A DNA stretch of 32,000 bases from Methanosphaera stadtmanae DSM 3091 (GCF_000012545.1 NC_007681.1:1110001-1142000); one strand, 5' to 3'; counted from the first letter of the stretch, positions 7,465-17,360 are shown. Numbers and translations are program-made. The notes: generated by a model not told the origin, from the sequence alone.

Positions 7465-8406
7465 ATGGAAACTATCTACTGTGCAAACTGTGGACATAAA
7501 AACAATATTTCAACTGATACTTGTGAAAAATGTGGTGAAATTTTACACATATTTACCAATGCAAACAAGGAAATAAATTCTATTAATGAATTATTTACAG
7601 ATATGCATCTATTTCAATTAAACAATAAAATATTAAGTTTAGATGCATATGAAACAATAATACAAAGTATTATAGAAGCTGGAAAAAATAGATTAACATA
7701 TAAAGAATATAGGACACCTTTAGAGCAAATAAAAGCACTTGCTGAAGCATACTCCATACTAATATTTAAGAATGATAGAAAAAATTATGGAGAATATGCA
7801 TTTAATGTTATATGTGTTGATGAATGTTTTGATGAAGCAATACAAATAGCAACAATACTTCATGAACTAACACACCATCTTTTTAACACCATACTTTGTT
7901 CTATAGTAATGTATGTATGGAATGTGAAAAAAACACCCATGTTAGATGCATTTATACAAACCATGACAACAATTCCCGAAGTTCTATTAATAAGTGAATA
8001 TTGTGCAAGTAGTACTGAAAAAATATATTTACCAGAGGAATATGTGTCTTATTCATCATTTAATTCAATATGTGCAGACTTAAAATATGATAAAACTAAA
8101 ATTATGAAATGTTTTATTATAGGAAAAGGAATACATAAAAGTATATGTCAAATATTTGATGCTATAATGGATAATCAACTAAAAGATGATATTAAAAATG
8201 AATTTAAAAAATATGATACAACACCTATAGGAAAACCAATCTGTATAAGTGATAACCAATCAACAAATAATATACTAAGAAATGTTTATATAATGAATCT
8301 CATAAACAACAGTTATAACCTAATAAACAATAAAGAAATATATCCTCTTCTTGAAAAAAATAAAAAATACTATGAAAAATCACAAATAAAAGGAGCCTAT
8401 TACTAA
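7465..8406 (+). CDS. Zinc-ribbon protein with an HExxH motif (putative metallopeptidase, ImmA/IrrE-like context)
   Basis: N-terminal CANCG-x12-CEKCG ribbon (7480-7533). HELTH at 7861-7875 sits in the context ICVDECFDEAIQIATILHELTHHLFN, which resembles the segment preceding the HExxH in M78/ImmA-type peptidases (from memory, weak). RBS GAGG. 23 nt after tatD. Confidence 0.55.
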   Translation: METIYCANCGHKNNISTDTCEKCGEILHIFTNANKEINSINELFTDMHLFQLNNKILSLDAYETIIQSIIEAGKNRLTYKEYRTPLEQIKALAEAYSILIFKNDRKNYGEYAFNVICVDECFDEAIQIATILHELTHHLFNTILCSIVMYVWNVKKTPMLDAFIQTMTTIPEVLLISEYCASSTEKIYLPEEYVSYSSFNSICADLKYDKTKIMKCFIIGKGIHKSICQIFDAIMDNQLKDDIKNEFKKYDTTPIGKPICISDNQSTNNILRNVYIMNLINNSYNLINNKEIYPLLEKNKKYYEKSQIKGAYY

Positions 8407-9755
8407 GACTTTACTTTTTTATTATCAAGGGAAATTATTATATCAAAATTAATAGTTTCCACATTTTCTCCACCAATTGCACGTAGTAAATAATTAAATG
8501 ATTCTTCTTCAGTAAATACGAGATAATTTTCATCTAATTCATTAAATCCTTCATGAAATATTTTTCTCATTAAGGATAAATCCATAGATAACTCTGTTAA
8601 AATATTCACCATGTGTAAAATACCTTCTTCTGTTATTGCAGATTGATGTTGTGTATGTGAGAAATCTGTATTTATATTAATAATAAATCTCTTAAATAAT
8701 GTATGTACTAACTTATCCTTGTTATCATTTATTTCATAGAAATATGATTCTAAATCATATGTTGATAAAAATCTAGTGGTATTTTTCTCAGCTTTAAATA
8801 ATTCACGTTTAAAAAGTAAGTATTCTATAAAAATCTCATTTAGAGATCCATGCTTTTTTGAGAAGAAATTCTCAAATTCAACAATATCATCTATTAAAGA
8901 ATCTCTTATATAAAAATCATATAAGAGTACATGTTTATTTTCATCCAGTAATTTTTTACCCTTTTTTGTTATGGATATATTCTCCAAGATATTATTATCC
9001 TCTATATTTGAAATATTTCTAATTTTTTTGAAGATATTAAAAAATGAACTTACTTTAACTAAATTACTATTTAATAATTCAGATATTATATTTTCTAAAT
9101 TTTTTATTTTATAAAAAGTAAATAGATATTCTGATACCTTAACATTCCCATATTTCTGAATCTGATTTAGTATTAATATTTTAAAATAGTAATTATTTAC
9201 TTCTTGTTTTTCTATTTTTTCTTCATATAGTAATTCAAGTTCTCTTTTTTCAATATGAAAATTGTACATGTTATTAACAGTAGTTATTTCAACAGTATTA
9301 TCTTCATTAAACTTTAAAATATCTCCAGGTTTTATATATTTAGAATTAATTCCAGATAATAATTCAAATAGAGAAATTCTAGGAACATGTTCTCTCCCAC
9401 AGTTACTACAGAATTTATCTATGGGTAACATAGAATATCCACAGTTACTGCACATTATTTTATTATCTGTCTGATTTTTTAGAAAAATTAACATATCTAC
9501 ATCATAAGTGAATGTATGTCCATTTCTTGATTTGAATTTAGATAATCTATTTAAAATCATATTTAATCTAGTTTCTACTTCATTTGAGTTTAATTTACCT
9601 GAAAGTATTTCATCAGTGAGTTTTAATTTAACTATATAACCATTACTCTCAGAAATATTGAATGAATCTAACATTTGCTTATACTGGCAAGATAATTCTG
9701 TTTTTCCAGTTATGTTATTAAAAATATTTAAAGCTTTTTCAATATCAGACATCAT
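8403..9755 (-). CDS. Hypothetical 450-aa protein with an internal zinc ribbon
   Basis: CSNCG-x10-CSNCG ribbon at about 9396-9452. RBS GGTGG 11 nt upstream of the ATG. ISITKKGKKLLDE may be a winged-helix wing (weak). No family recognised. Confidence 0.55.
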   Translation of the reverse strand: MMSDIEKALNIFNNITGKTELSCQYKQMLDSFNISESNGYIVKLKLTDEILSGKLNSNEVETRLNMILNRLSKFKSRNGHTFTYDVDMLIFLKNQTDNKIMCSNCGYSMLPIDKFCSNCGREHVPRISLFELLSGINSKYIKPGDILKFNEDNTVEITTVNNMYNFHIEKRELELLYEEKIEKQEVNNYYFKILILNQIQKYGNVKVSEYLFTFYKIKNLENIISELLNSNLVKVSSFFNIFKKIRNISNIEDNNILENISITKKGKKLLDENKHVLLYDFYIRDSLIDDIVEFENFFSKKHGSLNEIFIEYLLFKRELFKAEKNTTRFLSTYDLESYFYEINDNKDKLVHTLFKRFIININTDFSHTQHQSAITEEGILHMVNILTELSMDLSLMRKIFHEGFNELDENYLVFTEEESFNYLLRAIGGENVETINFDIIISLDNKKVKS

Positions 9756-9881
9756 ATGATTTTATTCCACCTTAGTATTATTTTTATTTTTTTAAAGTTA
9801 TTAAATTTATAGTAATTTTTTTTTAAAAAGAGAAGATTTATAGTATTTATTAGAAAAAAGAATAAAAGAAAAAAAAATTTC

Positions 9882-10499
9882 TTAATTGGACATTACTGGA
9901 ACCAATTCTGGTTTTGCTTTATATAATGCTTTCATAACTATTACAGTTACTACCCCTTCAAGAACTCCTACAATTGCTTCAACTGGCACTATTGTAAATA
10001 ATCCATATTGTATTGGATATACATTACATATTGCAAGTTCCATACTTACAATTAATCCAAGTAGTGTTATTGTTCCAAATCCAGAAATAAATAATGCTAC
10101 ATCTTTATTGAATCTAGATAATAATGTGTATAATCCATATGCTATTAATGGTGCAAGTATTGCTAGATTTAATAGATTTACTCCAAGAGTACTTATTCCA
10201 CCTTCACCAAGGAATGCTTGTATTATTGTTACAAACATGTATACTATCATTGATGTTCTAAGATCATATAATGCTATGATTGTAATTAAGGAAATATGAA
10301 CACATGCTGTTACAGGTAATGGTAATTCAATATATTGTACTATAACTGTTGCTACTATAAATAAAGCTATTAAGGGTATGTTTTTTTCATTAGATAATAT
10401 ATCTTTTGATTTATAGAATATGACTATTAGTAAACATATTGTGATTATAGTAAATATTATTAATGGTGTAACTGATATAATACCATCAGGTATATGCAT
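9882..10499 (-). CDS. cbiM: CbiM/NikM-type metal (Co/Ni) ECF-transporter substrate-capture component, orphan
   Basis: The N-terminus MHIPDG is the CbiM/NikM hallmark. His68 (CVHISL) sits where the third metal ligand lies in NikM. About 6 TM helices. RBS AGGAGG. No cbiN/Q/O genes are adjacent. Confidence 0.75.
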   Translation of the reverse strand: MHIPDGIISVTPLIIFTIITICLLIVIFYKSKDILSNEKNIPLIALFIVATVIVQYIELPLPVTACVHISLITIIALYDLRTSMIVYMFVTIIQAFLGEGGISTLGVNLLNLAILAPLIAYGLYTLLSRFNKDVALFISGFGTITLLGLIVSMELAICNVYPIQYGLFTIVPVEAIVGVLEGVVTVIVMKALYKAKPELVPVMSN

Positions 10500-10593
10500 A
10501 CTCCCAACCTCCTATTATTAATTTAATGACTATCTCTTTTAGATAATTCTTAATTATTATTTTAATATATTATACTATATAAAGTTATTATAG

Positions 10594-10616
10594 CCCTATA
10601 GGGGTATAGGTATTGG
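10594..10616. promoter_or_regulatory. CCCTATAGGG palindrome followed by TATAGG/TATTGG direct repeats upstream of cbiM
   Basis: Perfect 10-bp palindrome at 10594-10603, the most GC-rich spot in this intergenic region. It continues as GTATAGG TATTGG. It lies 11 nt upstream of a - strand TATA box (TTTATATA, complement of 10576-10583). Confidence 0.3.
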
Positions 10617-10864
10617 TTTAAAGTAAAATAAACTAAAAATTAAGAGATTTTAAATGAAAATATGCTCATATGATAATGTAATATAAAAAAAAGAAAAAGT
10701 AATATTTTGAATTTTAAGAGAAATGTTTGTAAAAAAAATTTTTGAGAATGAAGATATACTTATTTCACAAAAAACCTAAAAAAAATAGTATCTAAAAAAA
10801 TTAAAATATGTGCTTTTTTTTTAACATGAAATTCTATTTTACTAGAAACAACAATTAATTATAT

Positions 10865-11959
10865 TTATTCAAATTCATTAAGTACTTTCTCTAAATTTCT
10901 TGGAATATTAATGTGTTGTGGACAATAATCTATACAGTTATTACATTTAACACATTCACTTGGACTTATATTCTTTGAGATGTAATTTCTATAATACATA
11001 CCTATTGAATGTTTTTGTTTTAGAAGTTTCTGAGTATTGTATAATTCAAAGAATTTAGGAATATTTATATTTATAGAACATGCATCTATACAGTAATTAC
11101 AGTATGTACAGTCAATAGTTTTATCACATACAATTCTATTTCTCACATTATTTAGTATTTCATATTCCATCTTTGTTAATGGTTTGAAATTATCTATTAT
11201 CTTTGTATTTTCTTTTATTTGTTCAAATTTATTCATTCCACTTAGAATTATCATAATATTATCTAATGAGAGAATAAAACGAAATGCTCCTTCTACTGGA
11301 GACATGCCTTGGAATAATTTTCTACTTTTATTTGGAATATCGACTAAAGCACCTCCTTTTAATGGTTCCATAACAATGATTGATTTTTTATACTTACATG
11401 CTACTTCATAACATTTCATGGATTGTATTGTGTTATTAGTCCAGTCAATATAATTAATTTGTAGTTGTACAAATTCTATTTCTGGATGGTTTTTAAGGAT
11501 ATTTTCTAGAAATTCTGGACTATCATGACATGATATGCCTATATGTTTTATTTTTCCTTCCTTTTTCTTATCTTTAATAAATTTAAATGAGTCAATCTTC
11601 GTATATTTTTCCTCATGTTTTGTGGATATGTTATGAAGCATATAATAATCAAAGTAATCCACACCACAACGTTCTAATTGTTTATCAAAAATTTCATACA
11701 TATGTTGTGTAGATTTTAAATCAAAAATAGGTAATTTATCTGCTATTAAAAAGGATTCTCTAGGATATCTTTCAACTACTGCTTTTTTAAATGCAATTTC
11801 ACTATTTCCATCAAAATATGTGTATGCTGTGTCAAAATAATTAAAACCATTTTCCATAAAATAGTCAACCATTTTATTGAATTGTTCTTGATTAATACTT
11901 GATTTATTATTCTTATCAAGAAGTGGTAGTCTCATTAATCCAAATCCTAATTTTTTCAT
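10865..11959 (-). CDS. Aldo/keto reductase fused to a C-terminal 2x[4Fe-4S] ferredoxin-like domain
   Basis: N-terminal LGFGLMRLP...NYFDTAYTY is an AKR barrel. C-terminal CTYCNYCIDAC and CVKCNNCIDYCP are CxxCxxCxxxC(P) motifs. RBS GGGAG. Confidence 0.8.
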   Translation of the reverse strand: MKKLGFGLMRLPLLDKNNKSSINQEQFNKMVDYFMENGFNYFDTAYTYFDGNSEIAFKKAVVERYPRESFLIADKLPIFDLKSTQHMYEIFDKQLERCGVDYFDYYMLHNISTKHEEKYTKIDSFKFIKDKKKEGKIKHIGISCHDSPEFLENILKNHPEIEFVQLQINYIDWTNNTIQSMKCYEVACKYKKSIIVMEPLKGGALVDIPNKSRKLFQGMSPVEGAFRFILSLDNIMIILSGMNKFEQIKENTKIIDNFKPLTKMEYEILNNVRNRIVCDKTIDCTYCNYCIDACSININIPKFFELYNTQKLLKQKHSIGMYYRNYISKNISPSECVKCNNCIDYCPQHINIPRNLEKVLNEFE

Positions 11960-11998
11960 ATGAATCTCCCATTTAATTTTTTTTTTGGTTAAGGTTAA

Positions 11999-12340
11999 TT
12001 ATTCTAAATTATTTAGTAGATATTCTCTTTTTAGTTTTAAGAAGTTTATTTCCTTATTAAAATTTTTTTCTTCACGATGTTTTAGTTCTGAAAGATTTTT
12101 CATCAGAATATTTATCTTTTTTTCACAATCTATAATGGCTGCATCACGTTGTTTTTCTAATTTTTCTATCTTAGTATTTATTTCATCTATAGTATCTTCA
12201 ATCGATTGTGTTTTATTTAGTTTTAGTTCATTATCCATTGCTTTATCTAGTATATCTTGTAGATTTAATCCTTTTGCTTTTATTAAATCCATTTTTTCTT
12301 TATTAACTTTTACACATGTACATTTATTAAATTTTGTCAT
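11999..12340 (-). CDS. Hypothetical K/E-rich coiled-coil protein
   Basis: Open frame. I prefer the internal ATG at 12340 (MTKFNKCTCVKVNKEK) over the ORF-track start at 12445, whose first 35 codons read like AT-rich promoter sequence. The overlapping + strand ORF (11985-12368) is F/S-rich low complexity, typical of an antisense shadow. Confidence 0.4.
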   Translation of the reverse strand: MTKFNKCTCVKVNKEKMDLIKAKGLNLQDILDKAMDNELKLNKTQSIEDTIDEINTKIEKLEKQRDAAIIDCEKKINILMKNLSELKHREEKNFNKEINFLKLKREYLLNNLE

Positions 12341-12557
12341 ATTATTAAAAACCAAATTTCTTTTGTAATATATAGATATATCTTTTTTATATTTTATATA
12401 AATCCTATTTGAGAAAATAAAAATAGTATTTATACATAAGTACAAATATTTTTAAATATTTCAATTGAAAACTTTAAATAGTTTATAAATTATAATTAAA
12501 AATAGTCATTGTTTAAAAAAATGACAAATATATTATAAAATTTATATGTGAAAAGCA

Positions 12558-15500
12558 ATGAATATGAAAAAGAACATCATATTAACAACAATTATAATTA
12601 TATTAATAATATCAATAAACACAACATATGCCCAAACACAAGAAAATATCACAGACACACCTACTACAAACAAAATAACAACAAATACTCAATCAAACAC
12701 AAATAATTTAGAACATGAATCAAAAATACAAGAAAATAATGAACCTAAAACAGAAATAAAGAAATTGAAAAAAACTCTGAAAAATAATTCATCAGACAAC
12801 ACAACAATAAAAAATGTTTCATCATACAAAGAATTAATTAACCATATAAATCAAGCAAAAATATCTCAAACAAAGGAATACATCATTAATATGCATCCTG
12901 GAGATTATAACATTACAACACCAATACTCTGGGGAGAAATAGAAGGAAATACAAAAATACTACAAATAAATGGACAAAACAATACAATCAATGGAAATAA
13001 TCTGAAAAAGTTCATAAAAACAAATATAAACACGACTTTAATCTTAAATAACATAACAATCACAAATACAACAGACAACTATGGAAGTATAATACATAAC
13101 AGTGGAAATCTAACAATAAATAATTCCATATTATCTAATTCAAAATCAACATCAAACACCACTGGAGGTGTAATATTCAACACAGGAAACATAAATATCC
13201 AAAATACACATATCACAAATAATACAGCCATATTAGGTATATTATACAACCATAAAAATAACGATACTAGTGAAATAACAATTAGAAACACATACTTCAC
13301 AAACAACAAAGCAACAATAGGTGGTAGTATATATAATATAAACACCACAAAACTAGAGATAATAGACTCAAATTTTATAAACAATACAGCATATGACTCA
13401 ATAATATACATTCAAACAGAACATGAAAGCTTAATAAACAACACTTTATTATCAAACAACACAGTCTATGAAAATCTAATTACAAGTAAAGCTACACTTA
13501 CAATAAATAATACAAAAATATACAACAATACTCAAAAAAACATGTTAAATACAGACAACACCATTCTATCATATAGTACTATAGAAAAAAACATAATAAA
13601 TACAATAAGTACAAATAAAAATAATCTACAACTACTACATAACCTAATATCCCATAATAACATGGAAACTATCATTGAAAACTACCAACAACTCATCTTA
13701 CATAATAATACAATAACATATAATAACATTACAAAAAAAGGAATCTACAATAATGGAAGTACATATATAATAGAAAATATTTTTAAAAACAATATAATAT
13801 ATGATAAAGCACTTATATTATCATCTAATATAAATACAACAGTAAAATACTCAACATTCTATAATAACAAAGTATTAGATCTATTTATTGGATTTGAAAA
13901 TAGATTTATAGAAGTTAATAATAACAAATACATCAAAAATAATCTACGAAATACAACACTAAATATAACTTCAATAAAAAATCCTAAAAATCCAATGAAC
14001 ATAACAATAGATGGAAAAATCATTTTAAATCCAATATACAATACAACAGTTACAAGAGGAAATATTGATATAATCTATGAAAACATGACAATTAAAACAT
14101 TAGATATTATTAATGGTAGTTTTAATACAGATGTTATTCTAAATAAAACCAAAAATAACACTCTACTATTCTATTACAATGGATTTGATGATTATAGTCC
14201 CACAAATACAACATACAATATAACAATAGAAATACCAGTGTATGAAATAATACTAGACACACCAAAAAACTACACATATAAAGATACAATTCAATACAGA
14301 ATAAAAATTAAAAATATAGGCTATGAAACAGGGTATGATCTTATAGTAAACAACATACTACCATATAATTTACGACTTATTAATTCAAGTAGTGATTATA
14401 ATATAATAAATAATACATGGCACATACCTAAATTAAAATCAATGGAAAATACAAGTATTATAATAAATTCCATTAGTACAAACAAAGAAGACATTAATAT
14501 CACCATAAACATATATAACTTTCTAAATAATGAAAATACAACTACAACTAAGATAATTAAATATTTAGAACCAAAATATATCGTAGATATTCCAGAATAT
14601 ACTAATGTGCTTCTTGGAAATATTATGGAATATGAAATAAACATAACAAATATTGGAAAAATAACAGGTAATAATATAACTATTTCATATATACTAGAAA
14701 ATAACAATGAAATTATAAATAAAAGAATATGGACTATAAATCATCTAAATCCAGGTGAAATGAAAAAAATAAGCTATATCATAATTATTAAAAATTATGG
14801 TACATATAATGGAATTGTCAATATAACAGACTCATATAATACAACAACCCATAAAACCTTCAACTACTCTGTCTATAGGGCATATATTAGTCTAAAGAAG
14901 ATATTATCATATCCAGGAAATATAATCAATATTACAGCAAACATATATAATCTAAATTTAGAGTTAAATGCAACCATTATTTTCAAAATAAATAAAGTAT
15001 CAATTAGAAATCATGAAATTAAAATAGAAAATAATAGTATTACTCTTCTAAATTATAAAATTAAAGATACTTTTCAAAGAAGAAATTATGATATTGAAAT
15101 TAAATATCATCAAAAAACATCCAATATTTATCTATACAACACCACCATATTAACATTAAATAAATACAAAGTTAAAAGTTACATAGCTCCAATAACAGTA
15201 AAATCTGGAAAATATATTAATATAACAGTAAAATTATTTGATGAAAATAATAATAAAGTATATGGTGGAAGAGCCATATTAAAGATAAATAATAAAACAA
15301 TAAGATATAAGAATGGGAATATTATCTTTTTAAATGTAAATAATTCAACAGTAACCCTAAATAACTACCAAATACCACATACTTTTAAAAAGAAAAAATA
15401 TACTCTTGATTTAGTATATAGTGGAAGTAGCAGATATTATTCTAATAGAAATAGTACAGTTTTAACACTAATAAAACAGAAACTCTATGTTAGTATAAAA

Positions 15501-15749
15501 ACAAGAACTTCAAAAAATATTATTCTAAAAGGAGAAAAAACAAATAAACTCACTTATAATGGAAATATAATTTTGAAAATAAATAATAAAATTATAAGTA
15601 ACAATATATCCCCAACTAAAATCAATACTACATTTATATTACCTATAATCAATAATAAAAATATTACTGTTTGTTACTCTGGAAATGAAGTATATATTCC
15701 ATACAAATATACTGTTGACTATAATCAATATGGAAAAAACATAATCTAA
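12558..15749 (+). CDS. Asn/Thr/Ile-rich giant secreted 'adhesin-like' protein: signal peptide, degenerate parallel beta-helix repeats, 2 DUF11-like repeats, 3 Ig-like repeats
   Basis: Signal peptide MNMKKNIILTTIIIILIISINTTYA|QT. About 22-residue N.T..NN periodic repeats (about 13040-13900). Two DUF11-type units (14241-14830: IQYRIKIKNIGYETGYDLIVNNILP and MEYEINITNIGKITGNNITISYIL). C-terminal repeats with KINNKTI..NGN...V.N....L (14878-15749). Confidence 0.85.
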   Translation: MNMKKNIILTTIIIILIISINTTYAQTQENITDTPTTNKITTNTQSNTNNLEHESKIQENNEPKTEIKKLKKTLKNNSSDNTTIKNVSSYKELINHINQAKISQTKEYIINMHPGDYNITTPILWGEIEGNTKILQINGQNNTINGNNLKKFIKTNINTTLILNNITITNTTDNYGSIIHNSGNLTINNSILSNSKSTSNTTGGVIFNTGNINIQNTHITNNTAILGILYNHKNNDTSEITIRNTYFTNNKATIGGSIYNINTTKLEIIDSNFINNTAYDSIIYIQTEHESLINNTLLSNNTVYENLITSKATLTINNTKIYNNTQKNMLNTDNTILSYSTIEKNIINTISTNKNNLQLLHNLISHNNMETIIENYQQLILHNNTITYNNITKKGIYNNGSTYIIENIFKNNIIYDKALILSSNINTTVKYSTFYNNKVLDLFIGFENRFIEVNNNKYIKNNLRNTTLNITSIKNPKNPMNITIDGKIILNPIYNTTVTRGNIDIIYENMTIKTLDIINGSFNTDVILNKTKNNTLLFYYNGFDDYSPTNTTYNITIEIPVYEIILDTPKNYTYKDTIQYRIKIKNIGYETGYDLIVNNILPYNLRLINSSSDYNIINNTWHIPKLKSMENTSIIINSISTNKEDINITINIYNFLNNENTTTTKIIKYLEPKYIVDIPEYTNVLLGNIMEYEINITNIGKITGNNITISYILENNNEIINKRIWTINHLNPGEMKKISYIIIIKNYGTYNGIVNITDSYNTTTHKTFNYSVYRAYISLKKILSYPGNIINITANIYNLNLELNATIIFKINKVSIRNHEIKIENNSITLLNYKIKDTFQRRNYDIEIKYHQKTSNIYLYNTTILTLNKYKVKSYIAPITVKSGKYINITVKLFDENNNKVYGGRAILKINNKTIRYKNGNIIFLNVNNSTVTLNNYQIPHTFKKKKYTLDLVYSGSSRYYSNRNSTVLTLIKQKLYVSIKTRTSKNIILKGEKTNKLTYNGNIILKINNKIISNNISPTKINTTFILPIINNKNITVCYSGNEVYIPYKYTVDYNQYGKNII

Positions 15750-15805
15750 AAAAAAATGATATTTTAGAAAAGAATCATATAATTAAAAATAGTATTACAA
15801 TAAAT

Positions 15806-15836
15806 ATGGAACTTTTCCATTCCATATATTTTTTTT
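15806..15836 (+). terminator. Hairpin ATGGAA-CTT-TTCCAT followed by T8
   Basis: Perfect 6-bp stem (15806-15820). The T8 run at 15829-15836 is about 60-85 nt after the adhesin stop. Confidence 0.4.
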
Positions 15837-15899
15837 AAATAAATATATAAACTTCCCCCATTAATATAATACTAAGAATATATTTTGGAGGATACATAA

Positions 15900-16199
15900 A
15901 TGATTATAGTAAATGCAACAATCAATCCAAAAGAAAACAAAAAAGAAAACATAATCCAAAAAGCTGAAGCTTTAATTAAAGCATCAAGAAATCATGAGGG
16001 AAATATAAGTTACAACTTATATGCAGATAGTGAAACTGATACATTATTATTTGTTGAAAAATGGGAAACTAAAGAATCTCTACAAAAACATATGGAAACA
16101 GAAGAATTTTTAGCATTTGGACAAGAAACTAAAGATTTAATTGATGGAGAATTAGAAGTAGAGGTTTATTTAGCCCAACTTGTATCTGATAATTCATAA
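15900..16199 (+). CDS. ABM-domain (antibiotic biosynthesis monooxygenase-like / YgiN-like) small protein
   Basis: 99 aa. ...EGNISYNLY....D...LLFVEKWETKESLQKHMETEEF is the typical ABM ferredoxin-like fold pattern. Strong RBS GGAGG. Confidence 0.7.
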   Translation: MIIVNATINPKENKKENIIQKAEALIKASRNHEGNISYNLYADSETDTLLFVEKWETKESLQKHMETEEFLAFGQETKDLIDGELEVEVYLAQLVSDNS

Positions 16200-16209
16200 A
16201 AAGATAAAA

Positions 16210-16977
16210 TTATTTTTTATCTTCAATTTCTATTTTTCTTTTAAATTCTTTCATTAATTCTGAAATAATATATGAATCATCCAATGGATTATCTACTGCA
16301 ACTTTAACTAAAACTTCAACACCCTCTTCTGTCATATTTTTTACAAAAATTTTATATTTAGGATCTTTTAATATTAATGTACTTTTCTCTAGTATTTGTG
16401 TCATTTGTTCTATTTTTTCATCAAGAATATATTCATTTTTTAAAAAAACAGTGAATGATTCTATATAATATCCATTTCTAGTGTAGTTTACAAAGGGTTT
16501 TGTTGAAAATAATATATTTGGAATAATTATTAAACCAGCTTTTGAACGTAGCTGTACAGCTTTTAATCCAATTTTATCTACTTGGCCCTTTTGATTATCA
16601 ATTTCAATCATATCATCAACTTGGAATTTTTTTTCTATAAATATAATTAAACCTGAAATAACATTTGATAATGTGTCTTTTGCGGCAAGACTCATTGCTA
16701 CACTTACTAAACCTAAACTTACAAATAATGAATGTATATTTATGCCCATTACATCAAGACATGCTAGAAATATTATTATAAATACACAGTATCTTATTAA
16801 TTTTAGTAAAGACAATATTGAAGTTTCCTCAAAAGAATTGGATTTACTTAGTTTTAACACAGTCTTTGTTACTATATTTAATATAATTAATGGAACAACA
16901 ATTACTAAAATTAACATTATTATTGTATTTATATTATTAAATAAAAAATCCATTTGATCAATTACTAACATAGACAT
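16210..16977 (-). CDS. Small-conductance mechanosensitive channel (MscS family)
   Basis: Three N-terminal TM helices, then LAAKDTLSNVISGLIIFIEKKFQVDDMIEI..QKGQVDKIGLKAVQLRS..GLIIIPN, which is the MscS pore-helix/beta-domain signature. Confidence 0.85.
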   Translation of the reverse strand: MSMLVIDQMDFLFNNINTIIMLILVIVVPLIILNIVTKTVLKLSKSNSFEETSILSLLKLIRYCVFIIIFLACLDVMGINIHSLFVSLGLVSVAMSLAAKDTLSNVISGLIIFIEKKFQVDDMIEIDNQKGQVDKIGLKAVQLRSKAGLIIIPNILFSTKPFVNYTRNGYYIESFTVFLKNEYILDEKIEQMTQILEKSTLILKDPKYKIFVKNMTEEGVEVLVKVAVDNPLDDSYIISELMKEFKRKIEIEDKK

Positions 16978-17360
16978 AATCCTTTTAATTAATTAATTAA
17001 TATATTACTTTTTTATAATTGAAATAAATTTTTATTAAAATTCAAAATAAAAAAAAGAGACTTTTTTTAAAAATTTAAAATAAAATAAAAAACATGAAAA
17101 ATCTATAATCCCTCTAAAAACTAGTATTATCTTAAACACGCCATATATTATAGGATTTATTTGAAAATATAATTTATTAAATATATGATAAGTAAAAAAA
17201 TAGATAAAAATAATAATTTTTAAATAACAATTAAAATATAATATAATATAATTAACTGAAATTAGATAAACATCAGCTAATTATAATGAATAACATATTT
17301 ATTAAGTATTAATTTTTTTTTAATAAAAAAAAATTAGTTAAATGAATAAAAAGTGATTAT

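Noticed and set aside
10500-10864. Possible cobalamin riboswitch or other structured leader upstream of the cbiM-like gene.
   Set aside because: The region is almost entirely A/T. It lacks the GC-rich conserved B12-box core and multi-stem architecture. Only the short CCCTATAGGG element stands out, and it is reported separately as a possible protein-binding site.
5891-11411. Other overlapping ORFs from the track: 5891-6373(-), 6822-7073(-), 7171-7497(-), 9262-9474(+), 9886-10299(+), 11184-11411(+). Elsewhere: 11985-12368(+), 16673-16957(+), 22566-22838(-), 23521-23721(+), 24967-25317(-), 27916-28140(+), 29963-30172(-), 30838-31038(+).
   Set aside because: Each is antisense to, or out of frame within, a gene with clear family motifs (comB, tatD, cbiM, AKR, MscS, U32, purA, GT2, SDR/GT4). 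None has a motif or RBS of its own.
12541-12547. TTTATAT 11-17 nt upstream of the first adhesin ATG as its TATA box, implying a leaderless or internal start.
   Set aside because: A TATA box there would place the TSS downstream of the ATG that encodes the clear signal peptide. A better-placed TATA-like element (TTTATAAATT, about 12481-12490) exists upstream.
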